Shown piece after piece: positions 1-9,007 of a stretch of 54,504 nucleotides of DNA. The notes beneath the pieces were generated by a model. That model was not told the DNA's origin and made no database searches. It was given only the letters and a program-made list of their open reading frames with translations. Source of the stretch: Rhodothermales bacterium (GTDB lineage Bacteria; Bacteroidota; Rhodothermia; Rhodothermales; UBA10348); the NCBI GenBank assembly GCA_030830105.1, contig JAURNP010000070.1:1-54504 (forward strand), given 5' to 3'. Both the position numbers and the translations under genes were made by a program. Position 1 is the first letter of the stretch, and every line of letters starts with the position of its first letter.

Positions 1-333
1 GCGGCACACATCTTCCCGCACGCGCACTGTCCGCCTTAACGAATCTTCGCCTGCAGCATTGGAGACCGTTAATCTGACGTTGTATGTCCCGGGCCGAACG
101 AAAATGTGCCAGGGCTCGCATTCGCTGCTGCTACGTCCATCGCCGAAATCCCAGGCACAGAAGACATCGTTCCCGGACAACGTCGGTACGAAGGTCAGCG
201 TATCCCCTTCGGCCGGAGAAGGACGTGATACAGTCATGCTGCGCACCCGAGCCGGCTCAATGCGTTCGGATACTAAGACACCAGTCGAGAAGGTGCACGC
301 GTGCGAATGGATGCCATGAAAGGTGTCGGGCAT
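1..333 (-). CDS. PKD-domain protein, N-terminal part (continues past the left edge of the window)
   Basis: My own minus-strand translation from the ATG at 333-331 reads ...TLTFVPTLSGNDVFCAWDFGDGRSSSECEPWHIFVRPGTYNVRLTVSNAAGEDSLRRTVRV... This is the classic PKD signature (WDFGDG, H.., GTY.V.LTV.N..G). The frame stays open to base 1, so the ORF is missing from the supplied track. The start is uncertain: there is an alternative ATG at 237-235, and the frame is also open upstream of 333. Confidence 0.5.
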   Translation of the reverse strand, partial: MPDTFHGIHSHACTFSTGVLVSERIEPARVRSMTVSRPSPAEGDTLTFVPTLSGNDVFCAWDFGDGRSSSECEPWHIFVRPGTYNVRLTVSNAAGEDSLRRTVRVREDVCR

Positions 334-422
334 GCGTGGCCGCCATTCGGACCCTCGGAAATCGCGGATTTCTTTGGGCTGTGAGCTCGGTCCGCTGTGT
401 TCGACGCCGGAGCAGCCGTGCG

Positions 423-1589
423 CTATCCGAGAAGCGGGAGCCAGCTCTCGGCAACCCAGAACCCAAGGAAGGTACCGACCGCGTATCCGAGCGATCCGAT
501 CAAGATCGAAGGCAAAACCAGGTCTTCGCGTCCCAGGCTGCGAGCAAGCGCGAGGGCCGACGTGCCGCCGCCCACGTTCGCTTGGGACGCTATGGAGGCG
601 ATGACTGGATTTACCCGGAAGGCCCACGCCAATCCATACACGATCAGTCCGTGGACAAGCACGGTAACCAGGGTGAATATCAGCAGGGTCACACCCAGTT
701 CTCCCAGGCCATTCATTGCACCGATATCGCAGTAGGCACCGATTACGCACAGAAACAGATACACAGCAAACATGCCCATCACTTTCAGACCGGGGAGGCG
801 GGAAATTCCGGGAATCTGCGCCAGGACGAGAGCGATACCCGTCAGGAATAAAGCCGACGGAATGGATGGTAAAACGGTTGCAATACGCTCGGAAAGCCAC
901 ACTGCACCAAGCCCGAGCGCCAGGACAACACCGATATCGACAGGGTGAACGGTTTCCGTGTCTTCTTCCTCACCGGTGGTTACCTCACCGATCAATTGCT
1001 TCATCTCGGCCCCGGGCTTCTTGGGCCAGATATGTGCCGCGGCGCGAGGTATGGCCAGTGTGAGGATCATCCAAAGGGTGGTCACAATGTTGTCCACCAC
1101 GATGGATCCCCCATACAACATTCCTTCCTCCATGACGCCATAGTGCAGTCCCAGCGTGTTGAAGTTGACACTTCCACCGGTGTATGTCCCCACAAACATG
1201 CCTCCAATGGCGTTGAAGAGCGGACCGATGGATTCGGAGCCGTCAATCACCCACATTCCTACGAAAACACCGACGGCAGTAGCCACACTACCCAGCAGGA
1301 ACATGATGATGATGGAACGACCTGCCTTGAGGATGTCTTTCAGGTTGATGGGCAGTAGTAGCCAGAAAATGGCCAGTGGTGCCACCGTGTTGAAGACGAA
1401 CGTGTAGGCAGGGATGGGAGTGTCGGATCCCGTACCTGTTGGCAACAAGCCGAGGTTGGCGATCAGCGCGGTGAACAGGATTACCAGTAAGGCCGTCCCA
1501 AGATGTTTCAGGAAGGTCCGCCTTACAAGTAATTCAGTCAGGAATACCACCGCGCTCAGAACGCCGATGATGTACGTGGCTTCTGTCAT
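423..1589 (-). CDS. Polytopic inner-membrane protein, DUF819-like
   Basis: 388-aa ORF that is hydrophobic throughout with about 10 or more predicted TM segments. The N-terminus (MTEATYIIGVLSAVVFLTELL...) resembles the DUF819 family from memory. The overlapping plus-strand ORFs are Arg-rich antisense artefacts. Confidence 0.5.
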   Translation of the reverse strand: MTEATYIIGVLSAVVFLTELLVRRTFLKHLGTALLVILFTALIANLGLLPTGTGSDTPIPAYTFVFNTVAPLAIFWLLLPINLKDILKAGRSIIIMFLLGSVATAVGVFVGMWVIDGSESIGPLFNAIGGMFVGTYTGGSVNFNTLGLHYGVMEEGMLYGGSIVVDNIVTTLWMILTLAIPRAAAHIWPKKPGAEMKQLIGEVTTGEEEDTETVHPVDIGVVLALGLGAVWLSERIATVLPSIPSALFLTGIALVLAQIPGISRLPGLKVMGMFAVYLFLCVIGAYCDIGAMNGLGELGVTLLIFTLVTVLVHGLIVYGLAWAFRVNPVIASIASQANVGGGTSALALARSLGREDLVLPSILIGSLGYAVGTFLGFWVAESWLPLLG

Positions 1590-1756
1590 GGACTCGTTGG
1601 GCTGTTCATTTGCGCTATCCTAGGGGTTCCGGCGGGACCAATACGGTCCGGCTTCGTTCAAGCGAGCGGCTTGACCGGGGGCAGACTCATTGCGCTGCCG
1701 ATCGAGTATCGCCAAAACCTGTTCGCCTTCCAAACCTGACTCAGGCCTCCCGGATC

Positions 1757-2944
1757 ATGCTGCTGCCCGAAGAGCGGTCCAGATATGCGCGTCATCTCCT
1801 GCTGCCACAGGTGGGGGAACCCGGACAAATGCGCCTGAAGGATGCGTCCGTGCTGGTGGTGGGTGCCGGCGGCCTAGGGACGCCGATGCTGCAATACTTG
1901 GCGGCTGCAGGCATAGGGAAACTCGGTATCATTGACGATGATGAGGTCAGTCTGAGCAATCTGCACCGCCAGATCCTGTTTGGAACGGCGGACGTTGGTC
2001 GACCGAAAGCCGAAGTGGCATCAGAAGTCCTTCAGCGACTCAATCCTCATGTGGAGATAGCCTCCATCGTGAAGCGTCTGGATCGTGATAATGCATTGGA
2101 GATCCTGGGGCAATTCGACGTGATCGCCGACGGTACGGACAATTTCGCAACCCGGTATCTGGTCAATGACGCGTGTGTCCTTCTTGGAAAACCCAATATT
2201 TACGCATCCATTTACCGCTTCGATGGGCAGGTATCCGTGTTCGGAGCTCCCGATGGACCTTGCTATCGTTGCCTGTTTCCAGAGCCTCCTCCTCCTGGAA
2301 CGGTGCCTTCGTGTGCCGAAGGAGGTGTCCTTGGCGTTCTTCCCGGTATGGTGGGTACTCTGCAGGCGACTGAAGTAATCAAGTGGGTGACAGGTATTGG
2401 GGAGGCGCTGGTAGGTCGATTGCTCTTGGTTGATGCGCTTACCATGGAAATGCGCACACTGAAGGTCGTTCGTGATCCTGATTGTCCGGTTTGTGGGGAT
2501 TCGCCTTCCATCACAGAACTGCAGGACTACGAAACGTTTTGCGGAATGCCTCCACATACGGGGGCGTCCATATCAGTGACCTCCCATTCAAACACTGCTT
2601 TAACCATGTTTTTCGGCCCACCTGTCCCTGAGGTAACGGCTACCAAGTTGTCCGAACTGAAGGCATCGGGAGAAGAATTCCTGCTGCTTGACGTCCGCCA
2701 TCCGGAAGAATTGGCCATTGCCGATCTGGGAGGAACGCTGGTTCCTATGGAAGAGTTATCCACCAAATTGGAAGAAGTAGCGCCGCAGAAAGAGGGACAC
2801 ATTGTCGTGATGTGTCGATCAGGCTCTCGGTCCGCGCACGTGGTCGCGTGGATGCAGCAGCTGGGGTATACGAACGTGTTCAATCTCGCTGGAGGCATCA
2901 TTGCCTGGTCCCGGGAAGTCGATCCGTCTGTCGCCATTTATTGA
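1757..2944 (+). CDS. moeB: ThiF/MoeB-type adenylyltransferase with C-terminal rhodanese domain (MoeB/MoeZ-like)
   Basis: Contains RYARHLLLPQVGEPGQ, the GAGGLG nucleotide loop, the zinc-site pairs CYRC and CPVC, and a C-terminal rhodanese domain with active-site loop CRSGSRS. I placed the start at the ATG at 1757 (MLLPEERSRYARH...) because the 49 upstream codons of the tracked ORF look non-coding. Confidence 0.85.
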   Translation: MLLPEERSRYARHLLLPQVGEPGQMRLKDASVLVVGAGGLGTPMLQYLAAAGIGKLGIIDDDEVSLSNLHRQILFGTADVGRPKAEVASEVLQRLNPHVEIASIVKRLDRDNALEILGQFDVIADGTDNFATRYLVNDACVLLGKPNIYASIYRFDGQVSVFGAPDGPCYRCLFPEPPPPGTVPSCAEGGVLGVLPGMVGTLQATEVIKWVTGIGEALVGRLLLVDALTMEMRTLKVVRDPDCPVCGDSPSITELQDYETFCGMPPHTGASISVTSHSNTALTMFFGPPVPEVTATKLSELKASGEEFLLLDVRHPEELAIADLGGTLVPMEELSTKLEEVAPQKEGHIVVMCRSGSRSAHVVAWMQQLGYTNVFNLAGGIIAWSREVDPSVAIY

Positions 2945-3006
2945 CCGGTTGGAGTCCGGCGTCCTTCGCTCGGACGACTTCCATCCAAGTATTTCGATTG
3001 CCCCCC

Positions 3007-5244
3007 ATGATCTACCGACTGACCGGTCTGTTCTTGACCGTCGTTGTCCTCGGACTCGGCCTCTGCACCGAAGCTCTCGCCCAGGACCCCACGCGACTCG
3101 TTCGAATAAGCCAGCCCATCGACCTCGATGGCTATCCGGACGAGCAGGTCTGGAATGATGTGCCTGCGCTTGACCTGACTATGTACGAACCCATTTCGGG
3201 CGGATCCATGACGGAGAGAACCGAAATCCGTGTCGCCTACGATGACGACTTCCTGTACGTGTCTGGAAAAATGTTCGACTCGGATCCCGAGCAGATTCGC
3301 GGAAATACGCTCTATCGCGACCGGTATTCGGGAGATGACACCTTTGCCATCGTTCTCGACACATTCAACGATAACGAGAATGCATTGTGGTTTTTCACCA
3401 CGCCGACCGGGGTCCGGTTTGATCACGCGGTATCTGCTGACGCGAATGGAAGAGGAGGTGGGTCCTTCGGCGGTGGCGCAGTCAATAGCTCCTGGAATAC
3501 GTTCTGGGATGTGGCTACGCAGGTGGATGAGCGAGGATGGTTCGCCGAGATGCGTATTCCATTTTCGAGTCTGGCCTTCCAGGAGACCAATGGTCAGGTG
3601 GACATGGGCATGATTGTCTACCGCTATATCTCCCGGAAAGGGGAACGTCATATTTATCCATCCATCGCTCCCAATTGGAGTCTTGGATTCGCAAAGCCAT
3701 CTCAGGCTGTCAAGGTGCGACTGGAAGGGGTGAAGGCGCAGAAGCCGTTCTATATCACGCCCTACGCGACGGGTGGCAGCACGGGGCTGCATACCCTGAA
3801 TGAAGCGGGTACCGCTTACGAGTTCGACAGCGAGTTCACGCGACAGGCGGGAGTCGACTTCAAGTATTCGATCAACAGTAACCTGACGTTCGATGCGACG
3901 ATCAATACAGACTTTGCGCAGGTAGAGGCCGATGACCAGCAGGTGAATCTCTCCCGATTCTCACTGTTCTTTCCCGAAAAGCGGCAGTTCTTCCAGGAGC
4001 GCTCGGCGCTATTCGATTTTTCAACCGGCCGCCGCGATCGTCTCTTCCATAGTCGGCAGATTGGTCTCAACAATGGGCAGACCGTTCGCATTCTCGGGGG
4101 CGGCCGCCTGGTCGGGCGCATCGGAGAATGGGACATTGGCGCCATCAGCATGCAGACTGAATCCCAGGGTGCCCTGCCGGCTGAAAACTTCGGCGTATTG
4201 CGGCTACGTCGCCGGGTGGTCAACGATCAATCGTACGCAGGCATCATGGGAACGAGCCGCCTGAGTGATGATGGATCCTGGAACATGGCCTACGGGGCGG
4301 ATGCCACGATTCGTCTGAGTGATTTCAACATGCTGGAGATGAAGTGGGCCCAGACATTCGATGATGACCTGATCGACCTGAATGGTACATCGCTGACAGG
4401 TTCGGCCTATGGTTCGGTCCAGCTTCAGCGTCAAACGGATATCGGATGGTCTTTTCGGACGAGTGCGGCCTACTCGGGAGAGGATTTCGAGCCGGGTGTC
4501 GGATTCGTCCAGCGCACAGACTTCTCTCGGTACTCGTGGGATGTTCAGTATGGGTGGTTGTCTCCGGACGAAGCAAAACTTCGCACCCATGATGGATCCA
4601 CATACGGATCGATCTATCTGCGCAATGAAGACGGATCGCTTGAGTCGTTGCGTACCGGAGCGAGCTGGGACTTTGACTTCAAGAACAGTTCGAGCGCGCG
4701 TCTGAGCTCGAATTACCTTGTCGAGGATCTGCCGGCAGATCTTTCTTTCCCTGGCAATACCACCGTTCCACAAGGGCGCTATGGCTTTGTGGAGGTGGCA
4801 GGGAGCTATGATTTTCCGAGCGGAAGTTTGTTTCGGGGGCAGCTCGAGGCCCAGGTCGGGACATTCTATGATGGCACGCGCTACTCGATCGGGGTGAACC
4901 CGACGTGGAATATGAATCGCTTTATAGAGCTGGCCGGAGACTACGAGTTCACGCACCTGGAATTTCCCGATCGCAACCAGCAGGCTTTCATTCATCTTTT
5001 GGGGGTTCGCTCTCAGATTGGCCTGAACACGAAGCTCTCCCTCAACGGGTTCGTCCAATACAACACGGCCGCCAACATCGTGGCCTCAAACGTCCGTTTC
5101 CGCTACAACGTTGCGGAAGGCAATGATCTTTGGATCGTGTACACGGAGAACCTGAATACAGATCGCTTTCGCGAAATACCGGCCCTTCCAGTTTCGCGCA
5201 ATCGCACTTTGTTGCTGAAGTACACCTATACCTTCATCCAATAG
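3007..5244 (+). CDS. Secreted DUF5916 / carbohydrate-binding family 9-like protein
   Basis: The ATG at 3007 gives the signal peptide MIYRLTGLFLTVVVLGLGLCTEALAQ. The N-terminal module is CBM9/DOMON-like (IDLDGYPDEQVWNDVP...EIRVAYDDDFLYV). The core carries NTDFAQVEADDQQVNLSRFSLFFPEKRQFFQE, typical of DUF5916, and the C-terminus is beta-rich (LLLKYTYTF). Stop codon is TAG at 5242-5244. Confidence 0.65.
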   Translation: MIYRLTGLFLTVVVLGLGLCTEALAQDPTRLVRISQPIDLDGYPDEQVWNDVPALDLTMYEPISGGSMTERTEIRVAYDDDFLYVSGKMFDSDPEQIRGNTLYRDRYSGDDTFAIVLDTFNDNENALWFFTTPTGVRFDHAVSADANGRGGGSFGGGAVNSSWNTFWDVATQVDERGWFAEMRIPFSSLAFQETNGQVDMGMIVYRYISRKGERHIYPSIAPNWSLGFAKPSQAVKVRLEGVKAQKPFYITPYATGGSTGLHTLNEAGTAYEFDSEFTRQAGVDFKYSINSNLTFDATINTDFAQVEADDQQVNLSRFSLFFPEKRQFFQERSALFDFSTGRRDRLFHSRQIGLNNGQTVRILGGGRLVGRIGEWDIGAISMQTESQGALPAENFGVLRLRRRVVNDQSYAGIMGTSRLSDDGSWNMAYGADATIRLSDFNMLEMKWAQTFDDDLIDLNGTSLTGSAYGSVQLQRQTDIGWSFRTSAAYSGEDFEPGVGFVQRTDFSRYSWDVQYGWLSPDEAKLRTHDGSTYGSIYLRNEDGSLESLRTGASWDFDFKNSSSARLSSNYLVEDLPADLSFPGNTTVPQGRYGFVEVAGSYDFPSGSLFRGQLEAQVGTFYDGTRYSIGVNPTWNMNRFIELAGDYEFTHLEFPDRNQQAFIHLLGVRSQIGLNTKLSLNGFVQYNTAANIVASNVRFRYNVAEGNDLWIVYTENLNTDRFREIPALPVSRNRTLLLKYTYTFIQ

Positions 5245-5275
5245 CCTCGGACTGGCTCTCCGGGCTGACTCAGCT

Positions 5276-5815
5276 TCAGCGGTTTCGTTTACGGATGACG
5301 TCGGGCGAGTCGATTGGCAGGATCGCCCCTTCGGTTATTACATCCTGCAAGGATGCCTCCGAGAGATTCGCGCCGGTGAAATCTGCTCCCGTAAGTATCG
5401 TTTCCCGGAATCGAGCCTGTCGCAACGAGACTCCGCGCATCTTCGTGTTGAACAGGATGGCTTCTGACAGACGGCATCCATCCATGCACGCTTCGGAGAA
5501 GTCTGCAAATGTCAGCGTGGCAAACGACAGGTCGACACCGTCCAGCTTGGCTCCGCGTGCTACGACATGGCTTAGATCCGCACCGGTCAAGTTTCCTCCG
5601 CTCAAGTCGGCTTCCGAGAAATCGGCTTTTTCCAGTTCGCAGACTGTCAGAAATGCTCCCTTCAGATTGGCTTTTGAGAGATTGTATCCTTGAAGCCAGC
5701 GCCCGGTCAGGTCGGCGCCGGATAGATCTGGAATCGTACCGGGCTCGCTGTCGCGCCAGGCATTCCATGATTCCGCGCCTGATTCCAGCTTCTTAAGATG
5801 CTCCGAATTAGCCAA
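5276..5815 (-). CDS. Pentapeptide-repeat protein
   Basis: Continuous A(D/N)LxX repeats (ADLTGRWL, ANLKGAFL, ADLSGGNLTGADLSHV, AKLDGVDLSFATLTFADFSEA...) run across nearly all 179 aa. Confidence 0.8.
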   Translation of the reverse strand: MANSEHLKKLESGAESWNAWRDSEPGTIPDLSGADLTGRWLQGYNLSKANLKGAFLTVCELEKADFSEADLSGGNLTGADLSHVVARGAKLDGVDLSFATLTFADFSEACMDGCRLSEAILFNTKMRGVSLRQARFRETILTGADFTGANLSEASLQDVITEGAILPIDSPDVIRKRNR

Positions 5816-5972
5816 CGTAAGGGGGGTCTGCGTTGTGGGGGTGGTTCTACAATAGGATTGCAGGCTGACTTTTTCAGCGCTTTCGGTAAGGTGACGAAGG
5901 AATACCCTTCAAAATCCGCAACACGTTTCTGATCGGTGGTGTACACGCAGGTATGTTATCACTACAATCTAC

Positions 5973-6200
5973 TTGCCGAATGCCGTGGTCCTGATCACGT
6001 TATTTTTGATGACGATGCTCGCCTGGCGGCTTGGAGCTTTTACCGAGTGGTCAGCCCATCACCAGCTGCAAGGATTCGAGGCGGAAGTCTTGAAGGAGTC
6101 CGATGAGGCAGACTGGGAGGACCGGCATCGTGCCTTTCGTCGACAACACCCGAAGCTGGGGCACAATCGGCCGCACATGTCGTTGGGACGCAGGAAATAG
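5973..6200 (+). CDS. Hypothetical small membrane protein (weak call)
   Basis: 75-aa ORF with one N-terminal hydrophobic helix (VVLITLFLMTMLAWRLGAF) and a charged tail. It has a TTG start and no recognisable family. Confidence 0.2.
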   Translation: MPNAVVLITLFLMTMLAWRLGAFTEWSAHHQLQGFEAEVLKESDEADWEDRHRAFRRQHPKLGHNRPHMSLGRRK

Positions 6201-6252
6201 CGCCTTCCCAAGTTATCTGGGTCGGCGCAGTCCTTGAAGCGACTCCAACTCG

Positions 6253-7707
6253 ATGAACCTCGATTCCTTTCTGGCACTGCTCCCCATCCTGACCCTACTG
6301 GTAGTCAGCCTCTGGAGAGGAGTCCGTCCTGCCGTTTTTTCCGGCTTTGCGCTGACGGTCCTCCTCTTTTTTGTCTTGGATGGCCAGATTCCTGCAATGG
6401 GAGCGTCCATTGCAACGGCGGCGGTTCAGACGGTGAATATCCTCATGATCATTTTCGGGGCCTTGTTCCTGTATCAGATCATGGAGGACCATGGGTTCAT
6501 CGACCGTATCAAAGAGACCTTTCTGCAGATCCACCCGGATCGCCACGTGCGTCTTTTTTTTCTGGCCATCTTCCTAACGGCATTTTTTGAAAGCGTTGCC
6601 GGTTTCGGGACGCCGGGAGCCATCGTTCCGTTGTTATTGATCGGTATGGGATTCAGCCCGGTCTTGTCTATTGCCATCGTCCTCCTTCTGAATGGCTTCT
6701 TCGCCGTATCTGGTGCCGTGGGCGTTCCTGTCAGTGATGGATTGAAGGCTCCACTTGGGCTGAATTTGGAACAGGTCGGCTCCATCTACGGCATCGCAGC
6801 CTTCGGGGTGCTTGTTTCCGGGATAGTGGTGGTGGCAATCCTGTACCGATACCTGAGGAAGGAAGCGGGTCAACCCATCAGCAAGTGGGGATGGGTACTC
6901 TCAGGTCTGACCCTGGGGACCTACGCGCTGCTTGCACCCTACACCCAGGAGTTGACCGGTATTGTGGCGGCATCCGTGATGGGTGTATTTGCCTATATCT
7001 TTGTTTTCAAGGAGCGGCGGCTGCAGCTGCGACCATGGATTCCATACATCGCTCTCGTCGGTTTGTTGATGCTGCCGAAAGTGGTAGCACCGTTGAGCGA
7101 ATTCTTGCGTTGGGAGTGGGGCCTTCGGGATCTGTTCGGTACGGACATTTCTGCGTCCATTCGCCCCCTTCAATCCCCGCTGATTCCGTTTCTACTCTCC
7201 GGTGGACTCGCTCTTCTAATGGCCGGCACCTCCCGCGTTCAGGTCAGACCTGTCGTTGGCAAGACGATCACGGTTTTCCTGATCCTCTTTCCGTCATTAG
7301 CCATCACCCAGCTGATGATCAACAGTGGCGGTGAGGGGGCTTCCATGATCGACTTCATTGCGGGGATCTTTGTATTGACAGGTGATGCCTTCCCTTTGCT
7401 CAGTCCATTCCTCGGCGCCGTCGGTGCTTTCATGACGGGTAGCACAACCGTATCCAACATGATATTCGGTCCCGTCCAGATGGCATCTGCTCAGCAACTG
7501 GGGCTTTCCGAGACGCTCATCCTGGGCCAGCAGCTGGCCGGAGCGTCCCTCGGAAACGCGGTATGCCTCTTCAACATCATCGCTGCTGGAGCGATCGCTG
7601 GCGTGCAGGATTTCAAATCGGTGCTTCGGAAGACGCTGGTTCCAACCATGTTGGCCGCTGCGGTTGTCGGCATCATGGGAGCTGTCTGGTTGAGCATCGG
7701 CTCTTAG
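6253..7707 (+). CDS. L-lactate permease (LctP) family transporter
   Basis: 484-aa polytopic protein. FFESVAGFGTPGAIVPLLLIGMGF and FLGAVGAFMTGSTTVSNMIFG are LctP-family hallmarks from memory. Stop codon is TAG at 7705-7707. Confidence 0.7.
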   Translation: MNLDSFLALLPILTLLVVSLWRGVRPAVFSGFALTVLLFFVLDGQIPAMGASIATAAVQTVNILMIIFGALFLYQIMEDHGFIDRIKETFLQIHPDRHVRLFFLAIFLTAFFESVAGFGTPGAIVPLLLIGMGFSPVLSIAIVLLLNGFFAVSGAVGVPVSDGLKAPLGLNLEQVGSIYGIAAFGVLVSGIVVVAILYRYLRKEAGQPISKWGWVLSGLTLGTYALLAPYTQELTGIVAASVMGVFAYIFVFKERRLQLRPWIPYIALVGLLMLPKVVAPLSEFLRWEWGLRDLFGTDISASIRPLQSPLIPFLLSGGLALLMAGTSRVQVRPVVGKTITVFLILFPSLAITQLMINSGGEGASMIDFIAGIFVLTGDAFPLLSPFLGAVGAFMTGSTTVSNMIFGPVQMASAQQLGLSETLILGQQLAGASLGNAVCLFNIIAAGAIAGVQDFKSVLRKTLVPTMLAAAVVGIMGAVWLSIGS

Positions 7708-7761
7708 ATCAAGAGCCTGCAGTATGAGTGCCTCCGTTCCAGGGGCCACGTTCCTCGCTCC

Positions 7762-7803
7762 TGGTAACCGGTGCCCCGTGCTTGGTAACCGGTGCCCTGT
7801 GCC
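7762..7803. repeat. Tandem 21-bp direct repeat, 2 copies
   Basis: TGGTAACCGGTGCCCCGTGCT (7762-7782) is followed directly by TGGTAACCGGTGCCCTGTGCC (7783-7803), 19/21 identical. Each unit contains the near-palindrome GGTAACCGGTGCC. Confidence 0.8.
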
Positions 7804-7820
7804 TACATGGACACGCGCCA

Positions 7821-7857
7821 AATAAAAAGCCCGGTTCTGGATTCCAGAACCGGGCTT
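7821..7857 (-). terminator. Intrinsic terminator downstream of tRNA-Ala
   Basis: Perfect 12-bp stem GCCCGGTTCTGG/CCAGAACCGGGC (7829-7856) with a 4-nt loop. On the minus strand it is followed by TTTTTATTT (7828-7820). Confidence 0.65.
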
Positions 7858-7867
7858 CTACATGTTG

Positions 7868-7940
7868 TGGAGCTAAGCGGAGTCGAACCGCTGACCTCTT
7901 GAATGCCATTCAAGCGCTCTACCAGCTGAGCTATAGCCCC
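7868..7940 (-). tRNA. tRNA-Ala (anticodon GGC)
   Basis: The reverse complement is GGGGCTATAGCTCAGCTGGTAGAGCGCTTGAATGGCATTCAAGAGGTCAGCGGTTCGACTCCGCTTAGCTCCA. It folds by eye into a 73-nt cloverleaf with a 7-bp acceptor stem carrying the G3:U70 alanine identity pair, anticodon loop AUGGCAU and T-loop GGTTCGACTCC. The CCA tail is not encoded. Confidence 0.95.
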
Positions 7941-7985
7941 GTTGCCGAGCGAATCGCGTGAAGACGCGAACCGCGAAGCGAGCAG

Positions 7986-8017
7986 CAAAGATAGGGTTTT
8001 GAAATCGGATCAGGCAA
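7986..8017 (-). promoter_or_regulatory. Bacteroidota-type promoter for tRNA-Ala (TTG-N21-TATCTTTG)
   Basis: On the minus strand, TTG (8017-8015) is followed by a 21-nt spacer and then TATCTTTG (7993-7986), matching the TAnnTTTG -7 element. It lies 45 nt upstream of the mature tRNA 5' end. Confidence 0.4.
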
Positions 8018-8092
8018 GATTCCAGCTACCCGGCGCCCCTCGATCCATCATCATTTCACGAGCGGGGGGGCTACTGCAGAGAAAATGAGGCC

Positions 8093-8563
8093 TTATCGCT
8101 GAGAAAACAGGGATATAAGCGTTCCAACGAATGCCGTGTACAAGGCAGATCCAATCCAAAGCCCTGTCACGAGAAAAGCATTACGGGCCCCTGCCTGAAG
8201 GGCCAGCAAGGTGACGAAAATGCCCTGGTGTACGAGGGCTACAACCAATCCTCCCAGGAATGCCTGTCGTGGAAGGATGAGCAGGCCTTCCCGCTCAGAG
8301 CTGGGAAACAACCCCAGCGTAAAGCCGATGATGGTCTTCACCAGCATATGCAGGCCCCACGTGTTGTAGACAGCGTCCATCAGGAATCCGAATACAAATC
8401 CACCCACGGCTCCCCATTGACGTCCCTTTCGGACTCCGAGCCAAGCCACGAACAGCAGGACGGCATCGGGGTAGGCGCCCCAGAGTGTGATGCGTCCCAG
8501 AATAAGCCACTGCGCCAGGAAGATTCCCAAGCCGGTCAGGACGATGCGCAGAAAAGCAGGCAT
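8093..8563 (-). CDS. MreD-like rod-shape membrane protein (orphan, no mreC beside it)
   Basis: 156 aa with about 5 TM segments. PDAVLLFVAWLG....GAVGGFVFGFLMDAVY matches the MreD G..GL..D core motif. Confidence 0.45.
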   Translation of the reverse strand: MPAFLRIVLTGLGIFLAQWLILGRITLWGAYPDAVLLFVAWLGVRKGRQWGAVGGFVFGFLMDAVYNTWGLHMLVKTIIGFTLGLFPSSEREGLLILPRQAFLGGLVVALVHQGIFVTLLALQAGARNAFLVTGLWIGSALYTAFVGTLISLFSQR

Positions 8564-8732
8564 GATTGGGGTATTCGTTGAAGGGAAGGAAGGACCGTAA
8601 TCTACGAAGGGGGACAGGCGATTCCTTCCAGATCGGGAGAGGAACCTGCCTCGTCACTTCGGGTTCGGAGCGAAGGTAGCAGCGCACCCTTAAAGGCGCC
8701 ATTATGGACCATCCAAACCCATTCTAACATCC

Positions 8733-9005
8733 ATGGCAGAGCGAAAGAAACGCAGTGGTGGCAGACGCGCCAATCAGCGATCCCGCGGAAAGGCCCGTGG
8801 CGTCATGGTTTTCGAGCGGAAGAATTATCTCCTGCTCATGCTGGGCGTAGCGCTGATCGTGGTTGGCTACGTCATTATGCGCGTGGACAATGAGGTCGAT
8901 GGATTCCTCTCCCTGTACGTGGCGCCATTGATGATTCTTGGAGGCTACCTCGAAGTCATATGGGCCATCATGTGGCGGCCTGGTGAGGAATCAGCTTCCG
9001 CCTGA
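8733..9005 (+). CDS. DUF3098-like small membrane protein
   Basis: 90 aa with a basic N-terminus followed by FERKNYLLLMLGVALIVVGYVIM and a second TM segment. This layout is typical of Bacteroidota DUF3098. Confidence 0.5.
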   Translation: MAERKKRSGGRRANQRSRGKARGVMVFERKNYLLLMLGVALIVVGYVIMRVDNEVDGFLSLYVAPLMILGGYLEVIWAIMWRPGEESASA

Positions 9006-9007
9006 TT

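Noticed and set aside
84-851. 255-aa plus-strand ORF and other plus-strand ORFs across 59-1623
   Set aside because: They are extremely Arg-rich antisense translations of the DUF819 membrane-protein gene and the PKD gene. These are typical shadow ORFs.
1610-1756. N-terminal extensions of tracked ORFs: moeB 1610, DUF5916 2812, DAHPS 19041, rpiA 42490, radA 44850, permease 41155, DUF5683 35224
   Set aside because: The extra residues are Arg/Ser/Cys-rich or overlap the upstream gene. Internal ATGs give canonical N-termini or signal peptides that match the family norm, so I used the shorter coordinates.
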